A stretch of DNA of 32,000 nucleotides from NCBI GenBank assembly GCA_964640155.1, contig CAZXEQ010000003.1, positions 44,189 through 76,188 of the forward strand, written 5' to 3'. The notes beneath the pieces were generated by a model. It ran no database searches. It worked only from the letters and a program-made list of their open reading frames with translations, and had not been told where the DNA came from. Every line of letters begins with the position of its first letter. The stretch's first letter is position 1. The position numbers were made by a program, and so were the translations under genes. This stretch comes from an uncultured bacterium. Its GTDB lineage: Bacteria > Auribacterota > JACPWU01. Below, piece after piece: positions 1 to 8,476 of this stretch.

Positions 1-21
1 TTTTTTGGTAAATTATTCTTG

Positions 22-1029
22 ATGAAAATTAAGATTATTTCTCTATTTTTAATCTCTTCTGTCGTTCTTATTTCCCATGCACAAGCAGACCAGCCTCGTA
101 TTGAACTTTCCAAAAGAGAACATCATTTTGGAAATATTAAGCAAGGGGATAAAGCCACATGCCAATTTCCTGTAAGCAATCGTGGGGAGGCTCCTCTGAT
201 CATCCATCGTATTGAAACTTCTTGTGGTTGTACGGGGGCTATTCCAGGCAAGAACGAATTAGCTCCCGGAGAATCTAGTCAAATTGATGTGACGTTTAAT
301 TCTTCAGGCAGGCAGGGGTATTTTCAGAAATCCATTTATGTTCATAGCAGTGATCCTCAAAATCCGAAAGCAGAACTTTTAATTGATGGAGATATCAAAA
401 CGGCTGTGGATATTGATATTTCACATTTGAATTTGGGAAATGTTTTGCTAAATCAATCTGTATCAGGACAAGTCAGAATTCGACTCAATGACACTAGTTC
501 AGCTGTACAAATTGTAAGAATTGATCATGGTCCTCGTGTTCAAATTCAAATGCCACAAGAAAATTTAGTTCCGGGAGAGTGGAAAAATTTAAATATTACT
601 TTTTTGGGACAACTCCCAACAGGATCTTTTTATGAAATGGTGACATTACATTTTTCTGATGTGCGCATCAGTCCGGTGATATTTCAGGTGTCGGGTCAGG
701 TTGAAGGTCTGATTCGTGTTGCTCCTCGTCAGGTTAATTTCGTAGTCCGGGGAAATCCAGGTGTTGCTTCTGAATGGCAAAGTGTTCAAGTGATAGGCTC
801 TGAGTTCCGAAAGTTTAATCTCATCAATGTAGAGCTTGATCCCACGCTTTTTGAAACAAAAACTTTTGTTCGTGAAATGGAAGTTCATTATGAAATCATG
901 ATTCAAGTGAAGCCTGGAATAAAAGAAAAGTTCTTAAGAGGGATATTAAAAATTTCTACAAGCGAAGATTCTATGAGAATCATTGAGGTTCCTATACAAG
1001 TATGGCTTCCAGACATTTCAAATACTTAG
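22..1029 (+). CDS. Secreted DUF1573-domain protein (repeated Ig-like modules)
   Basis: ORF 19..1029. Position 19 is TTG and the first ATG is at 22. Signal peptide MKIKIISLFLISSVVLISHAQA. The motif FGNIKQGD...NRGEAPLIIHRIETSCGCT is the DUF1573 signature as I recall it. Confidence 0.8.
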   Translation: MKIKIISLFLISSVVLISHAQADQPRIELSKREHHFGNIKQGDKATCQFPVSNRGEAPLIIHRIETSCGCTGAIPGKNELAPGESSQIDVTFNSSGRQGYFQKSIYVHSSDPQNPKAELLIDGDIKTAVDIDISHLNLGNVLLNQSVSGQVRIRLNDTSSAVQIVRIDHGPRVQIQMPQENLVPGEWKNLNITFLGQLPTGSFYEMVTLHFSDVRISPVIFQVSGQVEGLIRVAPRQVNFVVRGNPGVASEWQSVQVIGSEFRKFNLINVELDPTLFETKTFVREMEVHYEIMIQVKPGIKEKFLRGILKISTSEDSMRIIEVPIQVWLPDISNT

Positions 1030-2330
1030 TTTTCTTTTTTCTTTTTTCAATTTGCTCAAATGTTTTTGTGTTTTCTGAGCAATCATCGCAAACCTTTTCT
1101 CTCTTTTTTACAGGAGAGGATGGAGGACGTTTAGAACCCTGTGGATGTGCTTCAGGACAATTAGGGGGGCTTTCCAGACGCCACACCTTTATTAGGAATC
1201 AATCCATGAATGCTTCTTCTATGTTGGTCTTGAGTAATGGAGATTTGTTGAATGGAAATAAAAGGCAAGATGAAATTAAATTTCAAACCCTTCTGGATGC
1301 AATGAATCAGATGAAATATAATGTGTTGAATGTAGGCGAAAAAGAGTTAACTTGGGATCTGAATTTTTTAAAAGCCATGCAATCAGCTTCTTCATTCACC
1401 TGGCTTTCAAGTAATGTGTTAGATGTTGAAGGAAAAGTTCTGTTCGGAAAGGTTTATACTCAGAAAGTTCGATTTCAAAATCGCAACATCCAAACAAAAG
1501 TTTTGGGAATATTATCTCCTCAATTTCAAAGTCAAATTCCTTCTGATTATAAAATTTTAAATCCTGTAGAGGTCATTCGTGAATTGATTTCAGAAGAGGA
1601 GCAGGCTTCAACGATTTGGATTTTGCTCTATCATGGAGACAGAGACGAAGCACGTGATTTAGCAAGATCTTTTCCTCAAATTAAATTGATTATTACGGGG
1701 CATGGTTCTGAAGAGATCTCTCAATCAGAGAAAGTAGGGCCTGTATTCATTACTACTACCATCAGGGAGGCGAAGTATGCAGGGCAAGCTATTTTGACTC
1801 AAAAAGATAATGGAGAATACAGTTGGAGCCAAATCGAGAATATTCCCTTAGATGAAAAAATAGAAAATTCTAAAGAGCTACAAACGTTGATGCAACAATA
1901 CCAGAAACGTCTTGGTGAAGAAGAACTTTTTAAGAATGAAGAAAATCGTACGGTCAGCTCCAGCGGAAATTTTTTGGGAAGTTCAGCCTGTTCTGGATGT
2001 CATGCAAAAGCCTTTCAAATATGGAAGGGGACACGTCATGCAGAGGCATACTCTTCTTTAATAAAATCCGAACGTATTTTTGATCCTGATTGCTTGCGTT
2101 GTCATACAACAGGATTTCAATATAAAGGAGGTTTTAAGGGAGAAGATTTAACTTCTCATCTTGCTTTCGTGGGTTGTGAATCTTGTCATGGTCCTGGGGG
2201 AGAGCATATTAAAGCTCCCTTTAAAAATCGAATGTTAAAAGCTGGAAGTGGGACTTGCATGGGCTGTCATGATGTTGAGAATAGCCCTCGTTTTGATTTT
2301 AAAAGTTATTGGGAGAAAATTAAGCATTAA
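1002..2330 (+). CDS. Secreted fusion of a degenerate metallophosphoesterase/5'-nucleotidase-like domain and a tetrahaem c-type cytochrome
   Basis: ATG 1002 overlaps the upstream ORF by 28 nt. Hydrophobic signal peptide (YLVFFFLFSICSNVFVFS). The N-domain has phosphoesterase-like blocks with altered metal ligands: FFTGEDGG instead of DxH, NVGEKE instead of GNHE, while LYHGD and ITGHG are retained. The C-terminal ~110 aa carry four CxxCH sites (CSGCH, CLRCH, CESCH, CMGCH). Confidence 0.75.
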   Translation: MASRHFKYLVFFFLFSICSNVFVFSEQSSQTFSLFFTGEDGGRLEPCGCASGQLGGLSRRHTFIRNQSMNASSMLVLSNGDLLNGNKRQDEIKFQTLLDAMNQMKYNVLNVGEKELTWDLNFLKAMQSASSFTWLSSNVLDVEGKVLFGKVYTQKVRFQNRNIQTKVLGILSPQFQSQIPSDYKILNPVEVIRELISEEEQASTIWILLYHGDRDEARDLARSFPQIKLIITGHGSEEISQSEKVGPVFITTTIREAKYAGQAILTQKDNGEYSWSQIENIPLDEKIENSKELQTLMQQYQKRLGEEELFKNEENRTVSSSGNFLGSSACSGCHAKAFQIWKGTRHAEAYSSLIKSERIFDPDCLRCHTTGFQYKGGFKGEDLTSHLAFVGCESCHGPGGEHIKAPFKNRMLKAGSGTCMGCHDVENSPRFDFKSYWEKIKH

Positions 2331-2802
2331 AAGGATTGAGATAAGCTGTTAACTCTTGAATAAAAATAAGAGAAAGCTCTTGCAAAGAGTTTCCTTCAAA
2401 AAGATATTGCTGGCTTCTGATTTTGCCTTGTCGAGCAACCTGAATGCTAATAGTGGAATTACTTGCTTTAATTTCCTTGAGTAATGTCAAAGTGCTCCAT
2501 GCTCCATCTAAGGTTTCTCCATTGACTCCGACGACGCGGTCTCCTGTTTGAAAGCCCGCTTGGTGAAGGAGGCTTCCCTGGTTAATTTTGATCATTTTGA
2601 TGGTATCTTCAGATTCTTCTTCTAAAAAGGCAGGATCAACAACATCTTTACCAAGCAGAGTTTCAGCATCTTCTTCTTCATGAGAAAACGCATCAGAATG
2701 TACACGCCAACTTTGAGCATTAATTTGTTCAATAGGAAGAGGTTTTCCAAAAATAAAAGAGGTATAAAAAAGTAAACTTATTGCAAAAAAGCATTTTTTC
2801 AT
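2320..2802 (-). CDS. Small secreted PDZ-domain protein
   Basis: Signal peptide MKKCFFAISLLFYTSFIFG. PDZ-type core LHQAGFQTGDRVVGVNGETL. Its 3' end overlaps the convergent cytochrome gene by 11 nt. Confidence 0.75.
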   Translation of the reverse strand: MKKCFFAISLLFYTSFIFGKPLPIEQINAQSWRVHSDAFSHEEEDAETLLGKDVVDPAFLEEESEDTIKMIKINQGSLLHQAGFQTGDRVVGVNGETLDGAWSTLTLLKEIKASNSTISIQVARQGKIRSQQYLFEGNSLQELSLIFIQELTAYLNPFNA

Positions 2803-2904
2803 TTGAATATTATCCTTCCGTTTAATTTATTCCTAAAAGAAAGCGATTCAGGTATGATAAGTACCATATTTTTCAGTAGCGGTTCAATGTTAAACCATAA
2901 ACCA

Positions 2905-3077
2905 TTCAACCCGGGAACCGAAGTTGACTGTGAGAACAGAGACGAAAAAGCTTGGATTAGATTGACTTGAAGAAAACGTAGACATACGCAAAAAGTGTCT
3001 GTCGAGGCTTTCTGAAAGGCAAGACGGCCAAGATCTTTCGTCGAATTCCACAACGCAACTTCGATTTCCGGGTTCAA
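2905..3077. ncRNA. Candidate structured RNA with a rod-like, 6S-RNA-like fold; strand unresolved
   Basis: 2905-2926 (ttcaacccgggaaccgaagttg) pairs with 3056-3077 (caacttcgatttccgggttcaa), giving about 20 bp with 2 mismatches. An internal bubble follows (2927-2940 opposite 3043-3055). Then 7 bp gacgaaa/tttcgtc (2941-2947 with 3036-3042), then cttgg/ccaag (2951-2955 with 3028-3032), and an apical agaca/tgtct stem. It lies in a 290-nt spacer between divergent genes. Confidence 0.3.
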
Positions 3078-3092
3078 CCAAACGGGGGAATC

Positions 3093-3581
3093 ATGTCATC
3101 AAAATCAGGCTGGAGATGTTGTTTGGCTCAATGGGGGATTCTTTGGGTTCGTCTTGCCTTGGGAGTCATTTTTGCTACGCATGGAGCACAAAAAGTATTT
3201 GGATTATGGGGTGGACAAGATTTGGCTACAACAGTGGCGGGCTTTGAGGGAATGGGAATTTCTGCTCCTTTAGCTTATGCAGCTATTTTTACAGAATTGG
3301 TGGGGGGTATAGGGATCACTCTAGGACTTTTAACTCGACTTTCTGCCTTGGGTTTAGCTGTGGTGATGGGGGTAGCGATTGTTCGAGTTCATTGGGCGGG
3401 TGGATTTTTCTTGAGCAATCAGGGATTTGAATACTGTCTTGCACTGCTTGGAATGTCTTTAGGGCTTCTTTTTACAGGAGCAGGCTGCTTTTCTTTGGAC
3501 AGTCTTCTTTTTTGCCGAGGATGCAAAGATGAAGAAAGCGAATCTTGTTGTGCTGAAGAGCATGGAAAAGAAACACATTAA
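3093..3581 (+). CDS. DoxX-family membrane protein with a Cys/His/acidic C-terminal tail
   Basis: WVRLALGVIFATHGAQKVFG matches the DoxX N-terminal signature. About four hydrophobic helices. Tail CRGCKDEESESCCAEEHGKETH. A GGGGGAA Shine-Dalgarno sequence sits upstream of the ATG. Confidence 0.85.
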   Translation: MSSKSGWRCCLAQWGILWVRLALGVIFATHGAQKVFGLWGGQDLATTVAGFEGMGISAPLAYAAIFTELVGGIGITLGLLTRLSALGLAVVMGVAIVRVHWAGGFFLSNQGFEYCLALLGMSLGLLFTGAGCFSLDSLLFCRGCKDEESESCCAEEHGKETH

Positions 3582-3605
3582 TTAAGGTAGTTCTATCATC
3601 TTGTC

Positions 3606-3640
3606 AAAAGACCTCTTCCCTTTGGGGGAGAGGTCTTTTT
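3606..3640. terminator. Bidirectional rho-independent terminator between convergent doxX-like and ABC-F genes
   Basis: An 11-bp stem gacctcttccc / ggggagaggtc (one G-U pair) with loop tttg. It is flanked by aaaa on the 5' side and ttttt on the 3' side. Confidence 0.75.
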
Positions 3641-3695
3641 ATGTGGTCATTTTGGAATAGCTAAAAACAGGATGGATTCTTAGGAGAGCGAATGG

Positions 3696-5561
3696 CTATA
3701 AAGCTAATTTAGCATTCATCTCTTCTAGCTTTTCTTGAAGCTTAACCCAAATTTCTTGTCTTTCGTTGATGAGTTTATTCAAAAGCTCTAATCGGTCACT
3801 GAGTTTACGAGTCCAAGAAGCAGGGTTTTCTGAGAACTGTCGTGTGATGTCATCTTTTTCCACTCGATAGAATTCTATTTGTTCTTCAATATTTTTAATT
3901 TGTTTAGCGAGTTTTTTTACTTCTGATTGTAATTCTTTACGTTCAAGAAAATCAAGTTTGGCAGGAAGAGTGGTGTTATCCAATTTTTGCTCTGTATCTT
4001 TTTTCTCGTGTTTGGACTGTAAAACTTTTTTAGATTCTTCATTTTCTTTCGTTTCGGATTGTGCTTCTTCTCGTGCCTGCTGTTCTAATCGATAAACATA
4101 TTCATCATAAGTTCCAGGATAGCGAATCATTTGACCATCTTTGACATCTAGAATTTTCTTTGCAAGTAAATGGACAAAAGTCCTGTCATGGCTGATAAAA
4201 AAGACTGTTCCCTCATAATTTTTAAGCGCATGCCCTAAAGCTTCTACAGTTTCAAAATCAAGATGGTTGGTAGGTTCATCTAATAAAAGAACATTGCATT
4301 TTGAGAGCATGAGTCCTGCAAGACAAAGTCGGGCACGTTCGCCCCCACTTAAAACAGAAGTCTTCTTCTCGACATCATCTCCTCTGAATAAAAAACTTCC
4401 TGCCATATCCAAAATATCTTGATGTAAAACACCTGGTGCCGCCTTCTTCTTCAAATGTGTATAAACATCTTCATTGGGATGAAGAATGGATAGAACGTGT
4501 TGGGCATAATAGCCAATTTGCGTGCCGCCACCCCAGCGATATTCTCCGTTTTTAGCGGGAAGATTATCAGCAATAGTTCTAAGGAAAGTTGTTTTACCTT
4601 GCCCATTTTCTCCCAAGATAGCGACTTTTTCTCCTCGTTCGATTTCTAAAGTGATATTGCTTGCAACAAGCTTTTCTGGATAACCAATAGATAAGTCTTT
4701 GCATCGAAGAGCAATGCCATATTTTTTATCCAAGCGGGGCATTTTGATGCGGACATTGCCCATAGGATGGTCAATTTCTATCGTTTGTGATTCCAATTTT
4801 TCAATGAGTTTGCGTTTGGATTGGGCGAGTCCTGCTGTAGAAGCTTTTGCTCCAAAGCGATTTACAAAAGTTTGAAGTTGTTTTTTCTTGGACTCAAGAG
4901 ATTTATTGTAGCGCGCTATTTCTTCTTTTTGTGATTCTTTAAAGTCCAGATAGTCCTCAACATTGCCTGGAAAGAAAACCAGTTCACCTCTTTCTGCCTC
5001 CAGAGTAGAAGTGCAAGTCCTTTTTAAGAATTCTCGATCATGAGAAACGATCAAATATCCGCCGTCAAAATCCAAGAGAAAATTTTCTAGAAGGATGAGG
5101 GTGTTTAAATCTAAATAGTTTGTGGGCTCATCCAAAATGAGAAAGTTAGGTTCAGGCAAGAGCATGGCCGTAAGCTTGACGCGAGTTTGATAGCCTCCAG
5201 AAAGGTTTTTTATTTTCGAGTTCTGTTGGGACACGTTAATGTGAAATCGAGAAGCAATTTTTGCGCATTTCCAGGGTTCTTTTTTCGTGTAACGGGTGAG
5301 AAACTCCAACACAGTTTCATCAGGGCCAAAGGCATCATGCTGTTCGAGATAACTTAATCTTAAATCTGCACTCTTGGATATTTCGCCTTCTTCCATTTCT
5401 TCTTGGCCTGTTAAAATTTTACAAAGAGTGGATTTCCCAGCCCCATTTCGACCAATCACGCCAATTTTCTGGTCAGTCGAGAAAGAGGCAGTAGCCCCAT
5501 CAAAGATGATATTGGGGCCATAGCTTTTATGAATATTTTTAACTTGAAGCTGTGCGGGCAT
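3696..5561 (-). CDS. ABC-F family ATPase (two fused ABC cassettes, no membrane domain)
   Basis: Walker A GRNGAGKST and GENGQGKTT. Signature motifs LSGGYQ and LSGGER. Walker B ILDEPTN and LLDEPTN. Charged inter-domain linker and a C-terminal coiled-coil extension. Confidence 0.95.
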   Translation of the reverse strand: MPAQLQVKNIHKSYGPNIIFDGATASFSTDQKIGVIGRNGAGKSTLCKILTGQEEMEEGEISKSADLRLSYLEQHDAFGPDETVLEFLTRYTKKEPWKCAKIASRFHINVSQQNSKIKNLSGGYQTRVKLTAMLLPEPNFLILDEPTNYLDLNTLILLENFLLDFDGGYLIVSHDREFLKRTCTSTLEAERGELVFFPGNVEDYLDFKESQKEEIARYNKSLESKKKQLQTFVNRFGAKASTAGLAQSKRKLIEKLESQTIEIDHPMGNVRIKMPRLDKKYGIALRCKDLSIGYPEKLVASNITLEIERGEKVAILGENGQGKTTFLRTIADNLPAKNGEYRWGGGTQIGYYAQHVLSILHPNEDVYTHLKKKAAPGVLHQDILDMAGSFLFRGDDVEKKTSVLSGGERARLCLAGLMLSKCNVLLLDEPTNHLDFETVEALGHALKNYEGTVFFISHDRTFVHLLAKKILDVKDGQMIRYPGTYDEYVYRLEQQAREEAQSETKENEESKKVLQSKHEKKDTEQKLDNTTLPAKLDFLERKELQSEVKKLAKQIKNIEEQIEFYRVEKDDITRQFSENPASWTRKLSDRLELLNKLINERQEIWVKLQEKLEEMNAKLAL

Positions 5562-5700
5562 AAAGTTCCTTTAAAAAAGAGTTGCCTATCATACAAAATT
5601 TTTTTTAATAGGGTAGATAAATCTTTAAATGCTTAGTTTTAGTTGAAATATCATTTTCTTCTAGCCTTTGAGCTCTCTTTAAGAGTAAAATCTCGCCATT

Positions 5701-6432
5701 ATGAGGAAAATTTTAGTTTTTTTATTCATTTTATGCTGTTTTGTGGGTGCAGGCTGTCAAAAAAGAGGTTTAGGCCCTTCTGTAACACCACCTCCCGTAG
5801 ATAATACAGGATCTGCTGCTTCAAGAGAAAATTCACCTCATTCTGATTCTATACAAAGTCCTATTGTTTCTCTCCCTAATCTTTCATTTGAAGATTTAGA
5901 AAAAAGGGCAATGGAGCATGTAGTTCTTTCAGGAGAAACTTTAAGTGAAATTGCAGAAAAATATCACGTAGGTACAGGTCTTCTCAAACGATTGAATAAT
6001 ATTGAAAATGTGAATCAAATTCGCATTGGACAAAAATTGAAAGTGATTGAAGGTCCTTTTTCTATTGTGATTCATAAGGCAGGCAAAGTTCTTACGGTTT
6101 CTTTAAAAGATCAAGAGATTAAAAGCTATGATGTTGCGATAGGAAAGAATGACAGCACGCCCGAAGGAGATTTTACAATTTTAAATAAAATGATTGAGCC
6201 GATTTGGACAGACCCTTATTTGGGTGATCTCGTTAAAGCGGGAGATCCTCGTTATCCTTTGGGAACACGATGGATGCAATTTGCTCCTTATGGATATGGT
6301 ATTCATGGAACAAATGATCCTTCGTCGATTAAATCCGAGGCTTCTTTTGGATGTATTCGAATGTTAAATCCTGACGTGGAAGAGTTGTACGATTGGGTCT
6401 GTATTGGTTCAAAGGTCCAGGTGTTACCTTAA
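5701..6432 (+). CDS. Lipoprotein with LysM domain and YkuD-type L,D-transpeptidase domain
   Basis: Lipobox-like signal LCCFVGAGC. LysM block LSGETLSEIAEKYHVGTGLLKRLNNIENVNQIRIGQKLKV. YkuD catalytic block IHGTNDPSSIKSEASFGCIRM. Confidence 0.9.
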   Translation: MRKILVFLFILCCFVGAGCQKRGLGPSVTPPPVDNTGSAASRENSPHSDSIQSPIVSLPNLSFEDLEKRAMEHVVLSGETLSEIAEKYHVGTGLLKRLNNIENVNQIRIGQKLKVIEGPFSIVIHKAGKVLTVSLKDQEIKSYDVAIGKNDSTPEGDFTILNKMIEPIWTDPYLGDLVKAGDPRYPLGTRWMQFAPYGYGIHGTNDPSSIKSEASFGCIRMLNPDVEELYDWVCIGSKVQVLP

Positions 6433-6467
6433 AATAAATTTCCTTCCTAATATTGAGATATAATTTC

Positions 6468-6830
6468 ATGATTAAATTAAAAAATGTTTATGATGTCCCT
6501 TCAGTAGAAGACGGAAAAAGAGTTTTAATTGAACGTCTTTGGCCTATGGAGGCAGATGTATATACATATAAGATTGATCTTTGGTTAAAAGATCTTGCTC
6601 CGTCTTATGGTCTTTTAGAATTTTTGAGAGAAAATACAAAGGAATATTTAAAATTTAAGGAAGATTATAAGAAAGAATTGCAAGAGAAAGAAAAGCAAGT
6701 GTTATTTCATAAATTGCTGTTAGACTCTCAAAAAGGGACTGTAACACTTTTGTATCGTGATGCAAATTTTGAAAAGAGCGCTGCAAAAATGGTAGCAGAA
6801 GTTTTGCAAAAATTTGGAGAAAGCAAATGA
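6468..6830 (+). CDS. DUF488-family protein
   Basis: The ORF track starts at TTG 6453, but ATG 6468 gives MIKLKNVYD..DGKRVLIERLWP, the N-terminus typical of DUF488 as I recall it. Confidence 0.75.
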   Translation: MIKLKNVYDVPSVEDGKRVLIERLWPMEADVYTYKIDLWLKDLAPSYGLLEFLRENTKEYLKFKEDYKKELQEKEKQVLFHKLLLDSQKGTVTLLYRDANFEKSAAKMVAEVLQKFGESK

Positions 6831-7000
6831 AAAATTTATGGCTTGTCTTGCTTTTAGCAAGTTCATGTATGATGATGGGATGTGCAGAATATGAGGGGTC
6901 AGCTATGCCAGAGCATGAGTCATGGGAAAACGCTCCTTCGGCTTCGTCATTTCAGCAATTGCCTCGTAGCCAAAGAAGAGTTTATCTAGGGGATGAGTAG
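6827..7000 (+). CDS. Small (57 aa) putative lipoprotein, absent from the supplied ORF track
   Basis: My own translation: MKNLWLVLLLASSCMMMGCAEYEGSAMPEHESWENAPSASSFQQLPRSQRRVYLGDE. The start is in an ATGA overlap with the DUF488 stop (6827-6830). Signal peptide plus lipobox-like MMGC. The stop TAG is at 6998-7000, just before the cutA start. Confidence 0.5.
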   Translation: MKNLWLVLLLASSCMMMGCAEYEGSAMPEHESWENAPSASSFQQLPRSQRRVYLGDE

Positions 7001-7001
7001 C

Positions 7002-7319
7002 ATGTATTCACTTGTTATGACAACGACAAAGACCATGAAAGAAGCGCGCACAATCATTAAAGGGCTTTTGACTAAACGTTGGATTGCTTGCGGTAATATT
7101 TTAGGCCCCGTGGAATCTTTTTTTGTGTGGAAGGGGAAATCTTGTAAGGAAAATGAATATCTTGTTCTTATTAAAACGCTTGAAAGACAATTTGAGAAGA
7201 TAAAAGATTTCATTGTCGAACATCATTCTTATGATACCCCTGAAGTTGTTTTATTACCTATTAAAGCAGGTCTTGAAAAATATTTAACTTGGATTGGTGA
7301 AAATGCTTCAGGCCATTAA
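7002..7319 (+). CDS. cutA: Divalent-cation tolerance protein CutA
   Basis: MTTTKTMKEARTIIKGLLTKRWIACGNILGPVESFFVWKGK...LVLIKT...HSYDTPEVVLLPI matches the CutA1 pattern. ATG 7002 has a GGGGA sequence 8 nt upstream and so is preferred over ATG 6993. Confidence 0.85.
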   Translation: MYSLVMTTTKTMKEARTIIKGLLTKRWIACGNILGPVESFFVWKGKSCKENEYLVLIKTLERQFEKIKDFIVEHHSYDTPEVVLLPIKAGLEKYLTWIGENASGH

Positions 7320-7335
7320 TAGACAAAGGAAAATA

Positions 7336-8307
7336 ATGAAAAAGATTGTTTTATTTTCAGTTATTGCTTTTCTTGCTTTTTCAGGTGTTTTAAAAGCTAA
7401 AACATTAACCCCTGCCGAAGAAGATCTTTTTAAGAAGGCCTCTAGAATTGTCGAACGTGGGAATACATTTTATGAAAAAGGGCGCTTTGGTCAGGCTATT
7501 AATGAATATAAAAAGGCCATTGAAATTTATCCTGGTCAAGTATGGGCACATTATAATTTAGGCCGATCTTATGAAGAAATGCATATGAAAGCTGAGGCCA
7601 TTAAGGCTTATCAAGAGGGGATTAAAGTCGATCCAAATGTTTCCGTCGTACATAATAATCTAGGAGTTCTTTACGAGTCTCAAGGGCAACTAGATGCAGC
7701 TATTTTACAATATTTAGAGGCGATTCGATGCGATGAAAAATATGGACCTGCATATTCTAATCTGGGTGATGCCTATTTTAGTCAGGGGAATTTTCAAAAA
7801 GCTGTGGAGTATTTTGAAAAAGCCATTAAATTTGACCCTGAGTCTGCTTATGGTTATAACAATTTGGGAAATGCTTATACCAAATTAGGACGATTAGATG
7901 ATGCAATTGAACAGTACAATAAAGCTTTGGAAATTGATCCCAAGCTTGCTTATGTTCTGAATAATCTGGGAAATGCGTATGTACAGAAAAGAGAGCCTAA
8001 TTTTGCATTAATCAATTTAAATAAGGCGAAAGAATTAGATCCTAAAAATCCCTTTATTTTTGATAATTTAGGAGACGCGTATCAGTTAAAGGATATGATT
8101 GAAGATGCAGACGGCGCCTATCAAAAAGCTTTAGAATTAGATTCTAATTTCTTCTTAGCTTATTTCAAGCTTGGAAAACTCTACAAGGATAAAGATGCAA
8201 CAAAAGCAGTTTTGTACTTTAATAAATTTCTAAAATATGCGAAAACAGATACCCTTAAAAAGGAAGTAGAGACGATTTTAGCCTCGCTTAAGAAAGGAGA
8301 TTCATAA
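7336..8307 (+). CDS. Secreted tetratricopeptide (TPR) repeat protein
   Basis: ATG 7336 follows an AAGGAAA Shine-Dalgarno sequence and gives the signal peptide MKKIVLFSVIAFLAFSGVLKA. About eight 34-aa repeats of the form A..Y.KALE.DP..A.A..NLGNAY. Confidence 0.9.
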   Translation: MKKIVLFSVIAFLAFSGVLKAKTLTPAEEDLFKKASRIVERGNTFYEKGRFGQAINEYKKAIEIYPGQVWAHYNLGRSYEEMHMKAEAIKAYQEGIKVDPNVSVVHNNLGVLYESQGQLDAAILQYLEAIRCDEKYGPAYSNLGDAYFSQGNFQKAVEYFEKAIKFDPESAYGYNNLGNAYTKLGRLDDAIEQYNKALEIDPKLAYVLNNLGNAYVQKREPNFALINLNKAKELDPKNPFIFDNLGDAYQLKDMIEDADGAYQKALELDSNFFLAYFKLGKLYKDKDATKAVLYFNKFLKYAKTDTLKKEVETILASLKKGDS

Positions 8308-8456
8308 TGTCACAGCATCCAAGTTTGAAATCAAGCGGTAAAATTGCCGCAAAGAGAAACGTACTCAAACGTTTTGAAAGAATAGATTTGCTTAAAAAGA
8401 GAAAGAAGTGGAAGGACGGAGATCGAGGCACGGGATTACCAAAAACAAAGCCATAA
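8307..8456 (+). CDS. 49-aa 'small basic protein', absent from the supplied ORF track
   Basis: My own translation: MSQHPSLKSSGKIAAKRNVLKRFERIDLLKKRKKWKDGDRGTGLPKTKP. The start is in a TAATG overlap with the TPR gene stop. It closely resembles the ~50-aa small basic protein family I recall from PVC-group genomes. That match is from memory and was not searched. Confidence 0.65.
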   Translation: MSQHPSLKSSGKIAAKRNVLKRFERIDLLKKRKKWKDGDRGTGLPKTKP

Positions 8457-8476
8457 TAAGTTATAAGGAGGTGAAT

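Noticed and set aside
2799-3081. Two minus-strand ORFs (92 aa and 63 aa) in the PDZ/doxX spacer. The longer one ends in an ATGA overlap with the PDZ gene.
   Set aside because: Both begin at TTG with no ATG near the start. Their sequences have no recognisable domain or sensible composition. Both are laid over a long inverted repeat that is better explained as RNA structure.
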